A stretch of DNA of 64,000 bases, taken from positions 154,602-218,601 of the forward strand of contig CAVPRP010000009.1 of assembly GCA_963707825.1 (NCBI GenBank), given 5' to 3'. This document shows positions 19,498-28,765 of this stretch, piece after piece. Position numbers and translations under genes: made by a program. How positions within the stretch are numbered: position 1 is the stretch's first letter; the number at the start of each line of letters is the position of its first letter. The notes below the pieces were generated by a model that searched no databases, was not told the origin of the DNA, and saw only the letters and a program-made list of their open reading frames with translations. Origin of the DNA: an uncultured Acidobacteriota bacterium (lineage in GTDB: Bacteria; Acidobacteriota; Vicinamibacteria; Vicinamibacterales; UBA2999).

Positions 19498-21081
19498 ATG
19501 ATGATCGGAAACGCCATGGCGACACGACGCGGGCCGTCCGTTTGGGGGCGACGATGCGCGGCAGCCGCGCTTGCTGCGATGGTGGCCTGGCCCCTGGGAG
19601 CCCAGGGACCGCTGCCCCCTGCCGTGGTTGCTGTCCGGGAACCCCTCGACGCCGCCCCCGACCGCGAGCGGCAGATGGACGGCGTGCTCGGAGATCTGTT
19701 CCCGGGCGTGACCATTCAGCCCCTGCCGGGAATCGGCCGACGCCCCGAAGGGCTCAACCTCTCGTTCGCCGAGGCCTTCGAGATCTACCGGGGGAACAGG
19801 GTAGCGTTGCAGACGCTCCGTGACCGCGAGTGCGCGGGCATCAGGGGTGCGACCTGTGGCGACAACCTGCCAGTACGCGCGCGGAAGGTGCTCGATTATC
19901 ACGACCAGCTCGCCAGCCAGACGCTCACCCAACTTGCCGAGGGTATCCGCCAGTCCGCCGCAGCCGGTCGGACAACGGTCGTGTTCGCCAGCAGCGGCCT
20001 TCCCTTCCGGGTCGCGCCCCTCCGTGGGCTCGACGCGGTTCGCAACGCCCTGCGCGAGTCCCGGGCAACGTTGATTGTCCTGGACGTGAACGCCGAAGGG
20101 CGGGCCCTCGAGGGGCTCAAGCGGCTGGTGGACGCGGTTCGCGCCGAGCGCTTCGTCACCACTCCTGACGATCGTTCGAAGTTGCGCGTCCGGCTGAACG
20201 ACCTGGTGGCGATCGAAGACAGCCGCCGGGCCCAGTCGGCCAGCGTTCCGTCGGCGCCTTCGGCCACCAAACCTGCGCCGGCCTTCATGAAGACCGCGAT
20301 TCAACATGCGATCGCGTTCGCCGCCCAGAGCGCATCGCTCGTGGCCGACGAGCACTACGTGCAGGAAGTGAAGGTGCGTCCCTCGATGAGCGCCCTCTCC
20401 CCCGGTTCGTCGGCCGGAATCACCATCGAACGGCGCGTCCTCGAGTCGGAAGTCGCGCTGATTCATGTCGTGGACGGGGAACTCTGGCTGCTCGCTCGCG
20501 ATGTCTTGCAGGTGGACGGGAAGCCCTTGCCCGACGCCGATCGCGTCCGGCTGCCTTCCGTGCACCCATCCTCGACCCCGGAAGCCCTGCGGCTGTTCGA
20601 GCGGATCGCGCAGCAAGGGTCGCGGTTCAATATCGGCGTCATCCCGCGCACGCTCAACACCCCGACCCTGGCGATGTGGCTGCTGACGCCCGCGATCAGC
20701 CCCCGGTTCGAATTCAAGCGCGCCGGCGCCGAGACGATCGACGGCAACCCGTGCGACGTGATCGAATTTCGCGAGCGAACCGCGCCCTATCTGTTCGTCG
20801 TGGCTGATCGGCCCACCCCGGTCGGCGGCCGCTTCTGGGTGGAGCGTCGCCGCGGAGCGGTCGTGAAGACCGAACTGTTGCTGCCGGCGCAATCGGTGGA
20901 GTGGAGCCCATCGCGGGCCAGGCTGATCGTGACCTACGTCCGGGACGCGGCGTTGTCGGCCTGGGTGCCGCGCACCATGACGGAACGCTACGACTCGCCG
21001 ACGTTGAAGCAGTTCGTCATCACCGAGTCCACCTACGCGAACTACCGCCAGTTCACCACCAGCGGCCGCATCGTCAAATAA
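19498..21081 (+). CDS. Hypothetical secreted protein
   Basis: Start trimmed to ATG 19498 (MMIGNAMATRRGPSVWGRRCAAAALAAMVAWPLGAQG, signal-like). I recognise no family. The antisense ORF 19444..21084 is Arg/Gly-rich and judged spurious. Confidence 0.55.
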   Translation: MMIGNAMATRRGPSVWGRRCAAAALAAMVAWPLGAQGPLPPAVVAVREPLDAAPDRERQMDGVLGDLFPGVTIQPLPGIGRRPEGLNLSFAEAFEIYRGNRVALQTLRDRECAGIRGATCGDNLPVRARKVLDYHDQLASQTLTQLAEGIRQSAAAGRTTVVFASSGLPFRVAPLRGLDAVRNALRESRATLIVLDVNAEGRALEGLKRLVDAVRAERFVTTPDDRSKLRVRLNDLVAIEDSRRAQSASVPSAPSATKPAPAFMKTAIQHAIAFAAQSASLVADEHYVQEVKVRPSMSALSPGSSAGITIERRVLESEVALIHVVDGELWLLARDVLQVDGKPLPDADRVRLPSVHPSSTPEALRLFERIAQQGSRFNIGVIPRTLNTPTLAMWLLTPAISPRFEFKRAGAETIDGNPCDVIEFRERTAPYLFVVADRPTPVGGRFWVERRRGAVVKTELLLPAQSVEWSPSRARLIVTYVRDAALSAWVPRTMTERYDSPTLKQFVITESTYANYRQFTTSGRIVK

Positions 21082-21090
21082 CACGTCCCA

Positions 21091-21884
21091 TCAGGTCGCC
21101 TGTCGCAGCATCAGCAGGCCGACGGCGAGCAGGACCATGCCCAGGCTGACGCGCAGCAGGGCCTGAGGCACGCGCGATCCGACGGCCGCGCCGGCAACGG
21201 CCGCGGGAACGGAACCGACGAGCAGATCGCGGAGCAGCCCGCCATCGACCTGGCTGATGGCCAGGTGCCCGATGCCAGCGCAGAGAGCCAACGGGATGGC
21301 GTGCGCGATGTCGGTCGCGACCAGCCGCGAGGGTGTGAGCCTGGTGGGATAGAGATGATAGAGGAAGACGGCGCCCAGCGCTCCGGCGCCGACCGAGGTG
21401 AGCGTGACCAGCGTCCCCAGGGCGATGCCGGCCGCGACGGTCAACATCCCTTCCCATCGCCAGGTCCCGTCCCGTACGCGACAGCGGCCGCGCCGCGAGT
21501 GGACGGCCGCGCAAGGGAGCGAGGCAGCACCAGGCTGAGCGCGGTGATGCAGACCGCGATCGCAATCGCGATCTTCACGAACGTCACGCTCGCCTCGTCC
21601 ATCGGGTGACGCGCCATCCACATCACGGTGAGGATCGACGCCGGCAGGCTCCCGGTCCATAAGCGCCTCACCACCAGCCAGTCGATCAGGCCCTGGCGCA
21701 CGTGCAAGCCCGACACCGCGATCTTGGTGATGGCGGCAAACCACAGATCCGTGCCCACGGCCGTGAGCGGAGCGGTGCCGAACACGAGCAGCAGGATCGG
21801 CGTCATCAGCGCGCCGCCACCCACTCCCGTCATACCGACGACGAAGCCCGTGAGGGCGCCGGCGGCCACGCGCATCGGGTCCAT
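21091..21884 (-). pseudogene. TauE/SafE-family sulfite/sulfonate exporter; one frame change near 21500
   Basis: The N-half ([19 protein letters not shown]) and C-half ([18 protein letters not shown] ... MLRQAT) lie in different frames. Both halves carry the family's repeated glycine-rich motif. Confidence 0.7.
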
Positions 21885-21887
21885 GGC

Positions 21888-23735
21888 TCAGGAAACGACG
21901 GCCAGGATCTGCTCGACGCACTCGTCCACGGTCCGGCCCGTGGTGCGGACGTGCAGCTCGGGATGCTCCGGCGGCTCGTAGGGGCTGTCGATGCCGGTGA
22001 AGTTCGGCAGCGCGCCCGCGCGCGCCTTCGCGTACAGCCCCTTGGGGTCGCGGCGCTCGCACTCGTCGAGCGGCGTGTCCACGAACACCTCGATGAACTC
22101 TCCCTCCGCGAACAGCGCCGCGCGCCAGCTCGCGCTCGGCGCGGAACGGCGAGATGAACGCCACCAGCACGATCAGGCCGGCATCCACCATCAGCCGCGC
22201 CACTTCGGCGACGCGACGGATGTTCTCGGCGCGATCGGCCTCGGTGAAGCCGAGGTCGCGATTCAAGCCGTGGCGGATGTTGTCGCCATCGAGCAGGTAG
22301 GTGTGCCGGCCGGCGGCGAACAGCCGCTGCTCGAGCCGGTTGGCGATCGACGACTTGCCCGGATCCCGACAGCCCGGTGAACCACACGCAGCGCGGCTGC
22401 TGCTGCTTCTGCAGCGCGCGCGCGGAGCGGTTGACCTCGAGCGCCTGCCAGTGCACGTTCGAGGCCCGGCGCAGCGCGAAGTCGATCATGCCCCGCGCCC
22501 ACCGTCTCGAAGGTGAGCGGGTCGATCAGGATGAAGCCGCCGAGCGTCCGGTTCACGGCGTAGGGCTCGAACGCGAGCGGCTGCGCAGTCGACAGATTGA
22601 CGACGCCGATCTCGTTCAGGGCCAGCGTCTTCGCCGCCAGGTGCGCGTCGCTCTCGATGTCGACGCGATGCTTGATCGCGGTCACCGAGGCGCGCACCTC
22701 CTTGGCGTGCGTCTTCAGCAGGTACGACGCGCCCGGGAATCAGGGCGTGCTCGCCCATCCACAGCAGCCGTGGCCTCGAACTGATCGGCCACCTGCGGCG
22801 GCTCCGCCGCGGCGGCGATGACATCGCCGCGGCTCGACGTCCACTTCGTCGGTCAGCGTCAGCGTGATCGAGTCGCCGGCCTCGGCGCGGCTGCGCGTCC
22901 CGTCCAGGGTGACGATGGCGTCGACCTGGGTTTCAACGCCGGACGGCAGCACCCGCACCCGATCGCCGGGGTGCACCGCGCCCGATGCAGACGCGTCCGG
23001 CAAGCGCCGCGGAAGTCCGGGCCCGGTCGGTTGACCACTGGATCGGCATCCGGAACGCGCCGGCCGACGGCGGGCCCGACACTTCGACGTTCTCGAGGTA
23101 GCTCATCACGGTCGGCCCGTCGTACCACGGCATGCGCGGGCTCGGCGCCCGTCAGATGATCGCCTTCGAGCGCCGAGATCGGGATCGGCCGCACGGCCGT
23201 CACCCCGCACTGAGCCGCGAACGCGGCGTACTCGTCGACGATGGCGTCGAAGACCTGCTGGCCGTAGTCCACCAGGTCCATCTTGTTCACGGCCAGCAGC
23301 ACGTGCCGGATCCCCATCATCGCGACGATGCGGGTGTGGCGGCGGGTCTGCGGCAGCACGCCCTTGCGCGCGTCGATCAGGATGATGGCGAGGTCCGCGG
23401 TCGACGCGCCGGTCGCCATGTTGCGCGTGTACTGCTCGTGACCGGGCGTGTCGGCGACGATGAACCGTCGCGGCGGCGGTGGCGAAGAAGCGATAGGCGA
23501 CGTCGATGGTGATGCCCTGCTCGCGCTCGGCCTGCAGGCCATCGACGAGCAGCGCGAAATCGAGGCGCGCGCCCTGCGTGCCGAACCGGCGCGAGTCGGC
23601 TTCGAGCGCGCGCAGCTGATCCTCGAAGACCGCGCCGCGACTCGTACAGCAGCCGTCCGATCAGCGTCGACTTGCCATCGTCCACGCTGCCGCAGGTGAT
23701 CAGGCGAAGCAGGGCCGCGCTCAGAAGTAGCCCTC
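21888..23735 (-). pseudogene. cysN: Bifunctional sulfate adenylyltransferase subunit 1 / adenylylsulfate kinase (CysN-CysC fusion); about 11 frame changes
   Basis: Motifs are spread over three frames. GTPase: [37 protein letters not shown] kinase: [10 protein letters not shown](K)[47 protein letters not shown]. The 5' end is uncertain. Confidence 0.8.
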
Positions 23736-24616
23736 CCGCTTCTTCTTCTCCATCGAGGACGGGCTGGTCGCTGTCGATCAGCCGCCCCTGACGCTCGGAG
23801 ACCGCGGCGGCCGCCGTCTCGGCGACGATCTCGGCGACGGTCGTGGCCGGGCTCTCGATGGCGCCGCTCAGCGGATAGCAGCCAAGGGTGCGGAACCGCA
23901 CGAGCCGGCGCTGCGGCTGCTCGCCCGCGAGCAGCGGGAACCGTTCGTCGTCGACCATGATCAACGTGCCGTCGCGGTCCACGACCGGGCGCTCCTCGGC
24001 AAAGTAGAGCGGAACGATCGGGATGGGCTCGCGTTCGATGTAGCGCCAGATGTCGAGCTCGGTCCAGTTCGAGAGCGGGAAGACGCGAATGCTCTCGCCG
24101 GGATGAATCCGCAGGTTGTAGATCGCCCACAGCTCGGGGCGCTGCGCCTTCGGATCCCAGCGGTGGCCCTGCGAGCGGAACGAGCAGATCCGCTCCTTGG
24201 CGCGCGAGGCTTCCTCGTCGCGGCGCGCGCCGCCGAAGATGACGTCGAAGCGATGCGCGTCGAGCGCCTGCCGCAGCGCCTCGGTCTTCATCACGTCGGT
24301 GTAGTAGCTGGAGCCGTGGGTGAAGGGCGTGACGCCCGCGGCCAGGCCCTCGGCGTTGGTGTGGACGATGAGACGCGCATGCCGGCTTCGCGGACCATGC
24401 GCTCGCGGTGCGCGTACATGTCCTTGAACTTCCAGGTGGTGTCGACGTGGAGCAGCGGAAACGGCAGCGGGCGCCGGGTGGAACGCCTTGCGCGCCAGGT
24501 GCAGCAGCACCGACGAGTCCTTGCCGATCGAGTACAGCAGCACCGGGCGCTCGCCCGCCGCCACGCGCCTCGCGCAGGATCTCGATGCTCTCCGATTCCA
24601 GGGCGTCCAGCGCCAT
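23721..24616 (-). pseudogene. cysD: Sulfate adenylyltransferase subunit 2 (CysD); about 4 frame changes
   Basis: Starts [17 protein letters not shown]. Motifs: [17 protein letters not shown] (PP-loop), [18 protein letters not shown] in another frame, [13 protein letters not shown], and the terminal [12 protein letters not shown] in another frame. Confidence 0.85.
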
Positions 24617-24680
24617 CAGCGTTTCATCATGGCACAGGCACGTTGAGCGCCGCGACCCGGCATATCATCGCTGTTGGCCC

Positions 24681-26749
24681 GTGACCATCATTCGTCGCTT
24701 CGTCCTCGCCGCTCTGGCGGCCGCGATCGCCTCGGGCGGTTGCCGGCCTGCGCCAACACCAGCCCCGGCACCGGCGCGCGCGAACATCCTGCTGGTCACG
24801 CTCGACACCTTTCGCGCGGATCGCGCTCGGCCGCGGGTTCACGCCGGCGCTCGACCGGCTGGCGGCGCAAGGCCTGCGCTTCACCGAGGCGCGCAGCGTG
24901 GTACCGCTCACCCTGCCCGCGCACGCCTCGATCATGACCGGCCAGTGGCCACCGGCGCATGGCCTGCGCCTGAACGGTTCGCCGCGACTGGACGGCGCCG
25001 CCACCCTGGCGACGCAGTTGAAGCAGGCCGGCTATCAGACGCGCGCGGTGGTCGGTGCCTTCGTGCTGGATCGGCGATTCGGTCTCGATGCCGGCTTCGA
25101 CCAGTACGACGATCGCATCGCGCGTGATCCGCGGGCCACCGATGTTCTGCAGGCGGAACGGCCGGCGTCGGCGGTCGCCGGCACCGCGCTAGCGCAGCTC
25201 GATCGGATCAGCGCCGATGCGCCGTGGCTGCTGTGGGTGCACTTCTACGACGCGCACGCGCCGTATACGCCACCGGACGATGCGCGGCAGCGCGCCGGCG
25301 GCGATGCCTACAACGGTGAGATCGCGTATGTGGACGCGCAGGTGGAGCGGCTGCTGGCCGCGATCGAGCGACGCGCGGATGCCGCCCGGACGGCGGTCGT
25401 CGTGGTTGGCGATCATGGTGAGAGCCTTGGCGCGCACGGCGAGCCGACGCACGGCATGCTGCTGTTCGAGCCGGCGCTGCGGGTGCCACTGATCGTGCGC
25501 GCCCCAGGGGTGGCCCCGGCCGAGCGGGCCGATGCCGCGAGCCTGGTGGATATCGCGCCGACGGTGATGGCGCTCGCTGGCGTGAGCGCCGCGGCGACGC
25601 CTGGCCGCAGCCTGCTTGCACTGCCCGTCGACCGACATCGAGACCTACGCGGAGAGCGAGTATCCGACGGTCGCCGCCTGGACGCCGGTGCGGGCGCTGA
25701 TTCGCGAGCGCTGGAAGCTGGTCGCATCGAGCACGCCGAAGCTGTTCGACCTCTCGACCGACCCGGGCGAGCTGTCCGACGTGTCGGCGACGAAAGCTCC
25801 CACGACCAGGGCGATGACTGCCCGCCTGGCCGAGATCAGGCGCCCCTCAACCGGCGCTCGCGCCGGAGGCGCCCCGGTTGTGTCGGCGGAAACAGCGGCG
25901 CGCTTGCAGTCCCTCGGCTACGTGGCGCCGAGCCCCGCAACGGTGCCCGACACCGGCGGCGTCGATGCCGCCACGGCAATGGATGCGTGGGCTTCGTTCG
26001 AAGCCGCGCTCGCCGAGGTCACTGCCGGCGACGCGGCCAGGGCGCTGCCGGCGCTGTCGAAGCTGACTGCGCGCTATCCGGGCTCGCCGATCTTCGCGTC
26101 CACCTACGCTCGGGCGCTGGCGTCAGCGGGACGTGGACGAGACGCGCTGGCCCGGTTGCGGGCTGCCGTCAAGCAGTGGCCTGGCGACTGGTCGCTCTAC
26201 CACGAGCTCGCGGTCGTCGCGCGCGATCTGGGCGAGGCCGACGAGGCACGGCGCGCGGAAGACGCCGCACTGGCGCTCCGTCCGGACGAACCGTCCGCCC
26301 TGAACGGACGCGGTCTGCTGCTGGCCGATGCCGGCCGGCACGATGACGCGGCACGCGCGTTCGACCACGCGGCCAGGCAGGACCCGACCAACGGCGTGTA
26401 TTTCGCCAACCTCGGTAATTCGCGGCGGGCCCTTGGTGACCTCGATGGCGCGGCGGTCGCTTACCAGACGGCACTCGACCGCGCCCCTGATCTCGGCGAT
26501 GCGCTCAACGGGCTCGGCGTGGTGCTGGTCCAGCAGCGGCGGGCAGCCGACGCCGTGCCGTGGCTCGAACGCGCGGCGCAGGACCCAGGGTTCGTCGAGG
26601 CGCAGCTGAACCTGGGCATCGCCCTGCAAGAGTCGGGAAACGTCCCGCGCGCGGTGACGCAGTATCGGAAGGTGTTGTCGACGCCAGGCCCCTTCGCGCG
26701 CGAGCGCGAAGCGGCGCGCACCCTGCTTGGCAACCTGGAGCGCCGATGA
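24681..26749 (+). pseudogene. Sulfatase-fold + TPR lipoprotein, paralog 3; two frame changes (~24825, ~25620)
   Basis: GTG 24681 with lipobox AIASGGC. Motifs: LVTLDTFRADR, VPLTLPAHASIMTGQWPPAHGLRLNG, GDHGESLGAHGE, then a TPR region ending ...LLGNLERR*. Confidence 0.8.
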
Positions 26750-28579
26750 CGCGCGCGCTTCTGGCTGATCGGCCTGGTGGCCGGTCTCTCCGCGTGCACG
26801 CCGGCACCGCCCCCCGAACCGGCGCAGAAGCGTGCTGCTCGTCACCATCGACACGCTGCGTGCCGATCACGTCGGCGCTTACGGCGCCACAACAGCGCGC
26901 ACGCCGGCGCTCGACACCCTGGCGCGCGAAGGCGCGCGGTTCGATCGCGCGTGGGCGCCGGCCCCGATTACCCTGCCGTCGCACGCCAGCCTGCTGTCGG
27001 GCCGATATCCGCCAGGTCACGGCGCCCGACACAACGGGATGGCGATGCAGGCCGTCCCGACGCTGGCCACCACGTTCAAGGCGGCCGGCTTCGCGACCGC
27101 GGCATTCGTGTCGGCCTTCCCTCTCGACAAGCGCTTCGGGCTCACCCGCGGCTTCGATCACTACGACGATGAACTGCCGCGCGGGACGGACGGCCGGCCG
27201 TTGAACGAACGGCCCGGCGCCGACACCGTGTCCCGGGCGCTCACGTGGCTGCAGGCCCACGGCGACGAGCGGTTCTTTCTCTGGGTTCACGTCTTCGAGC
27301 CCCACGCGCCGTACGGCACACCCGGCTCGGGCGCGCCGGTCGCAGGCGCGCTACGACGACGACATCGCCGTCGCGGATCGCGAGTTGGGAAGACTCCTCG
27401 CGGCGCTCGGCGGCCGGGCGGCCACTCACGCTCGTGATCGGCGCCAGCGATCACGGCGAGGCCTTCGGCGAGCACGGCGAAATCGGGCACAGCATCTTCG
27501 TCTACGACACGACACTGCGGGTACCGCTGGTCATGCGTGGCCCCGGCGTGCGCGCCGGGTACCGTCGTGCCGGGCGACGTGTCGCTGGTGGACCTGGCTC
27601 CGACGCTTCGCGCGCTCACGGGCACGCCGGCGATGGAAGGGGACGGGCTGTCGCTGACCCCGGCACTTGCGGGCGGCACCCTGCCTGCGCGGCAGCTCTA
27701 CGCCGAGTCGTACGCGCCGCTCCTCGACTTCGGATGGGCCGGCCTGCGGGCGGTGCGGGAAGGGCCGTGGAAGTACATCGCCGCCCCGCGGGCCGAGCTG
27801 TACGACATCTCGCGCGATCCCGGGGAGTCGGCCAACCGGATCGGCGAGAATCCCGAGCTCGAGGCCCGCCTGGACGGAGACGCCAGGCAGCGCAGCCCTG
27901 CCGAGCCGGGCGCTTCCCCGGCCATGGCGCCGGAGGCCGTCGCGCGGCTTCAGAGCCTGGGGTATCTCAGCGGCTCCGCACGTCCCGGGAGTGCGACAAC
28001 CCGGCCGGATCCCAAGGATCGGATTACGGTGGCGTCGCGCCTGGCCACGGTCACCTCGGGCGAGGTGCGCGGCGACGAGCTGATTGCCACCCTCGAGGCC
28101 GTGCTCCGCGACGACCCGCCCAATCCGCAGGCGCACCTCCGACTGGGCTTTGCGGAGATCGAGCGCGGGCGATGTGCGCAGGCCGAGCCGCACCTGCGGG
28201 CCGCGCTCGATGCCGGCATGCCGTCGGCCGATGCCGGCCTGGGGTTGGCCGCCTGTTTCGGGCAGGCCGGCAACCTGACGGCCGCCCGCGAGGCGCTGCT
28301 GGCGGCGCGCCGAGCCGAGCCCGGCAACCCGGTGGTTGCCGCCAACCTGGGGATCCTGGAACTCGCCCAGGGGCGCGTGGGGCCGGCCATCGCCGAACTG
28401 CGCACCGCCCTGGCCGCCGAGCCCGGGCTGCTGGAGGCGCGGTTCGCGCTGGCCCGCGCGCTGGCCCGGTCGGGCGACCGCGAGGGGCGGCGGCCGAAGC
28501 CAACACCCTGCTGGGCCAGTTGCCGCCGGGCGCGCCACAACGCGCAGAAGTGCGGCGTTTGCTCGACGCCCTCCGCTAG
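26746..28579 (+). pseudogene. Sulfatase-fold + TPR lipoprotein, paralog 4; about 6 frame changes
   Basis: ATG 26746 overlaps the paralog-3 stop (ATGA). Lipobox LVAGLSAC. Motifs: LLVTIDTLRADHVGAYG, APITLPSHASLLSGRYPPGHGARHNG, SDHGEAFGEHGE, and a TPR tail ending ...RRLLDALR*. Confidence 0.75.
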
Positions 28580-28728
28580 GCGCTGGCCCCGTCTGGGGCG
28601 ATTCATCTGGGACGAACGGTCAAAACTGCGCAATTTCTGCGCAACTTCTTTCGATTCATGGCCTTACGGGCAGGGACAGCGCCTTGACAGGAGGGGGTCT
28701 GTAGTGTTCAGCTTCTTAATTGTTGTTC

Positions 28729-28757
28729 TGTTGTTGATTGTTGTTACTTCCCAAGGA
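28729..28757 (+). promoter_or_regulatory. T/G-rich low-GC leader with three tandem 9-mers directly upstream of the TonB-receptor-2 RBS
   Basis: TTGTTGTTC TGTTGTTGA TTGTTGTTA is followed by cttcccAAGGAGAgcttctATG (28766). A TTGACA hexamer lies at 28685-28690. Confidence 0.3.
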
Positions 28758-28765
28758 GAGCTTCT

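Noticed and set aside
21888-24616. The frame changes as programmed ribosomal frameshifting or a regulated recoding system.
   Set aside because: There are dozens of them, of both +1 and -1 type. The junctions I resolved (about six) sit at ordinary short homopolymers without slippery heptamers or downstream pseudoknots. They occur in unrelated housekeeping genes. Consensus error or recent indels explain them far more simply.
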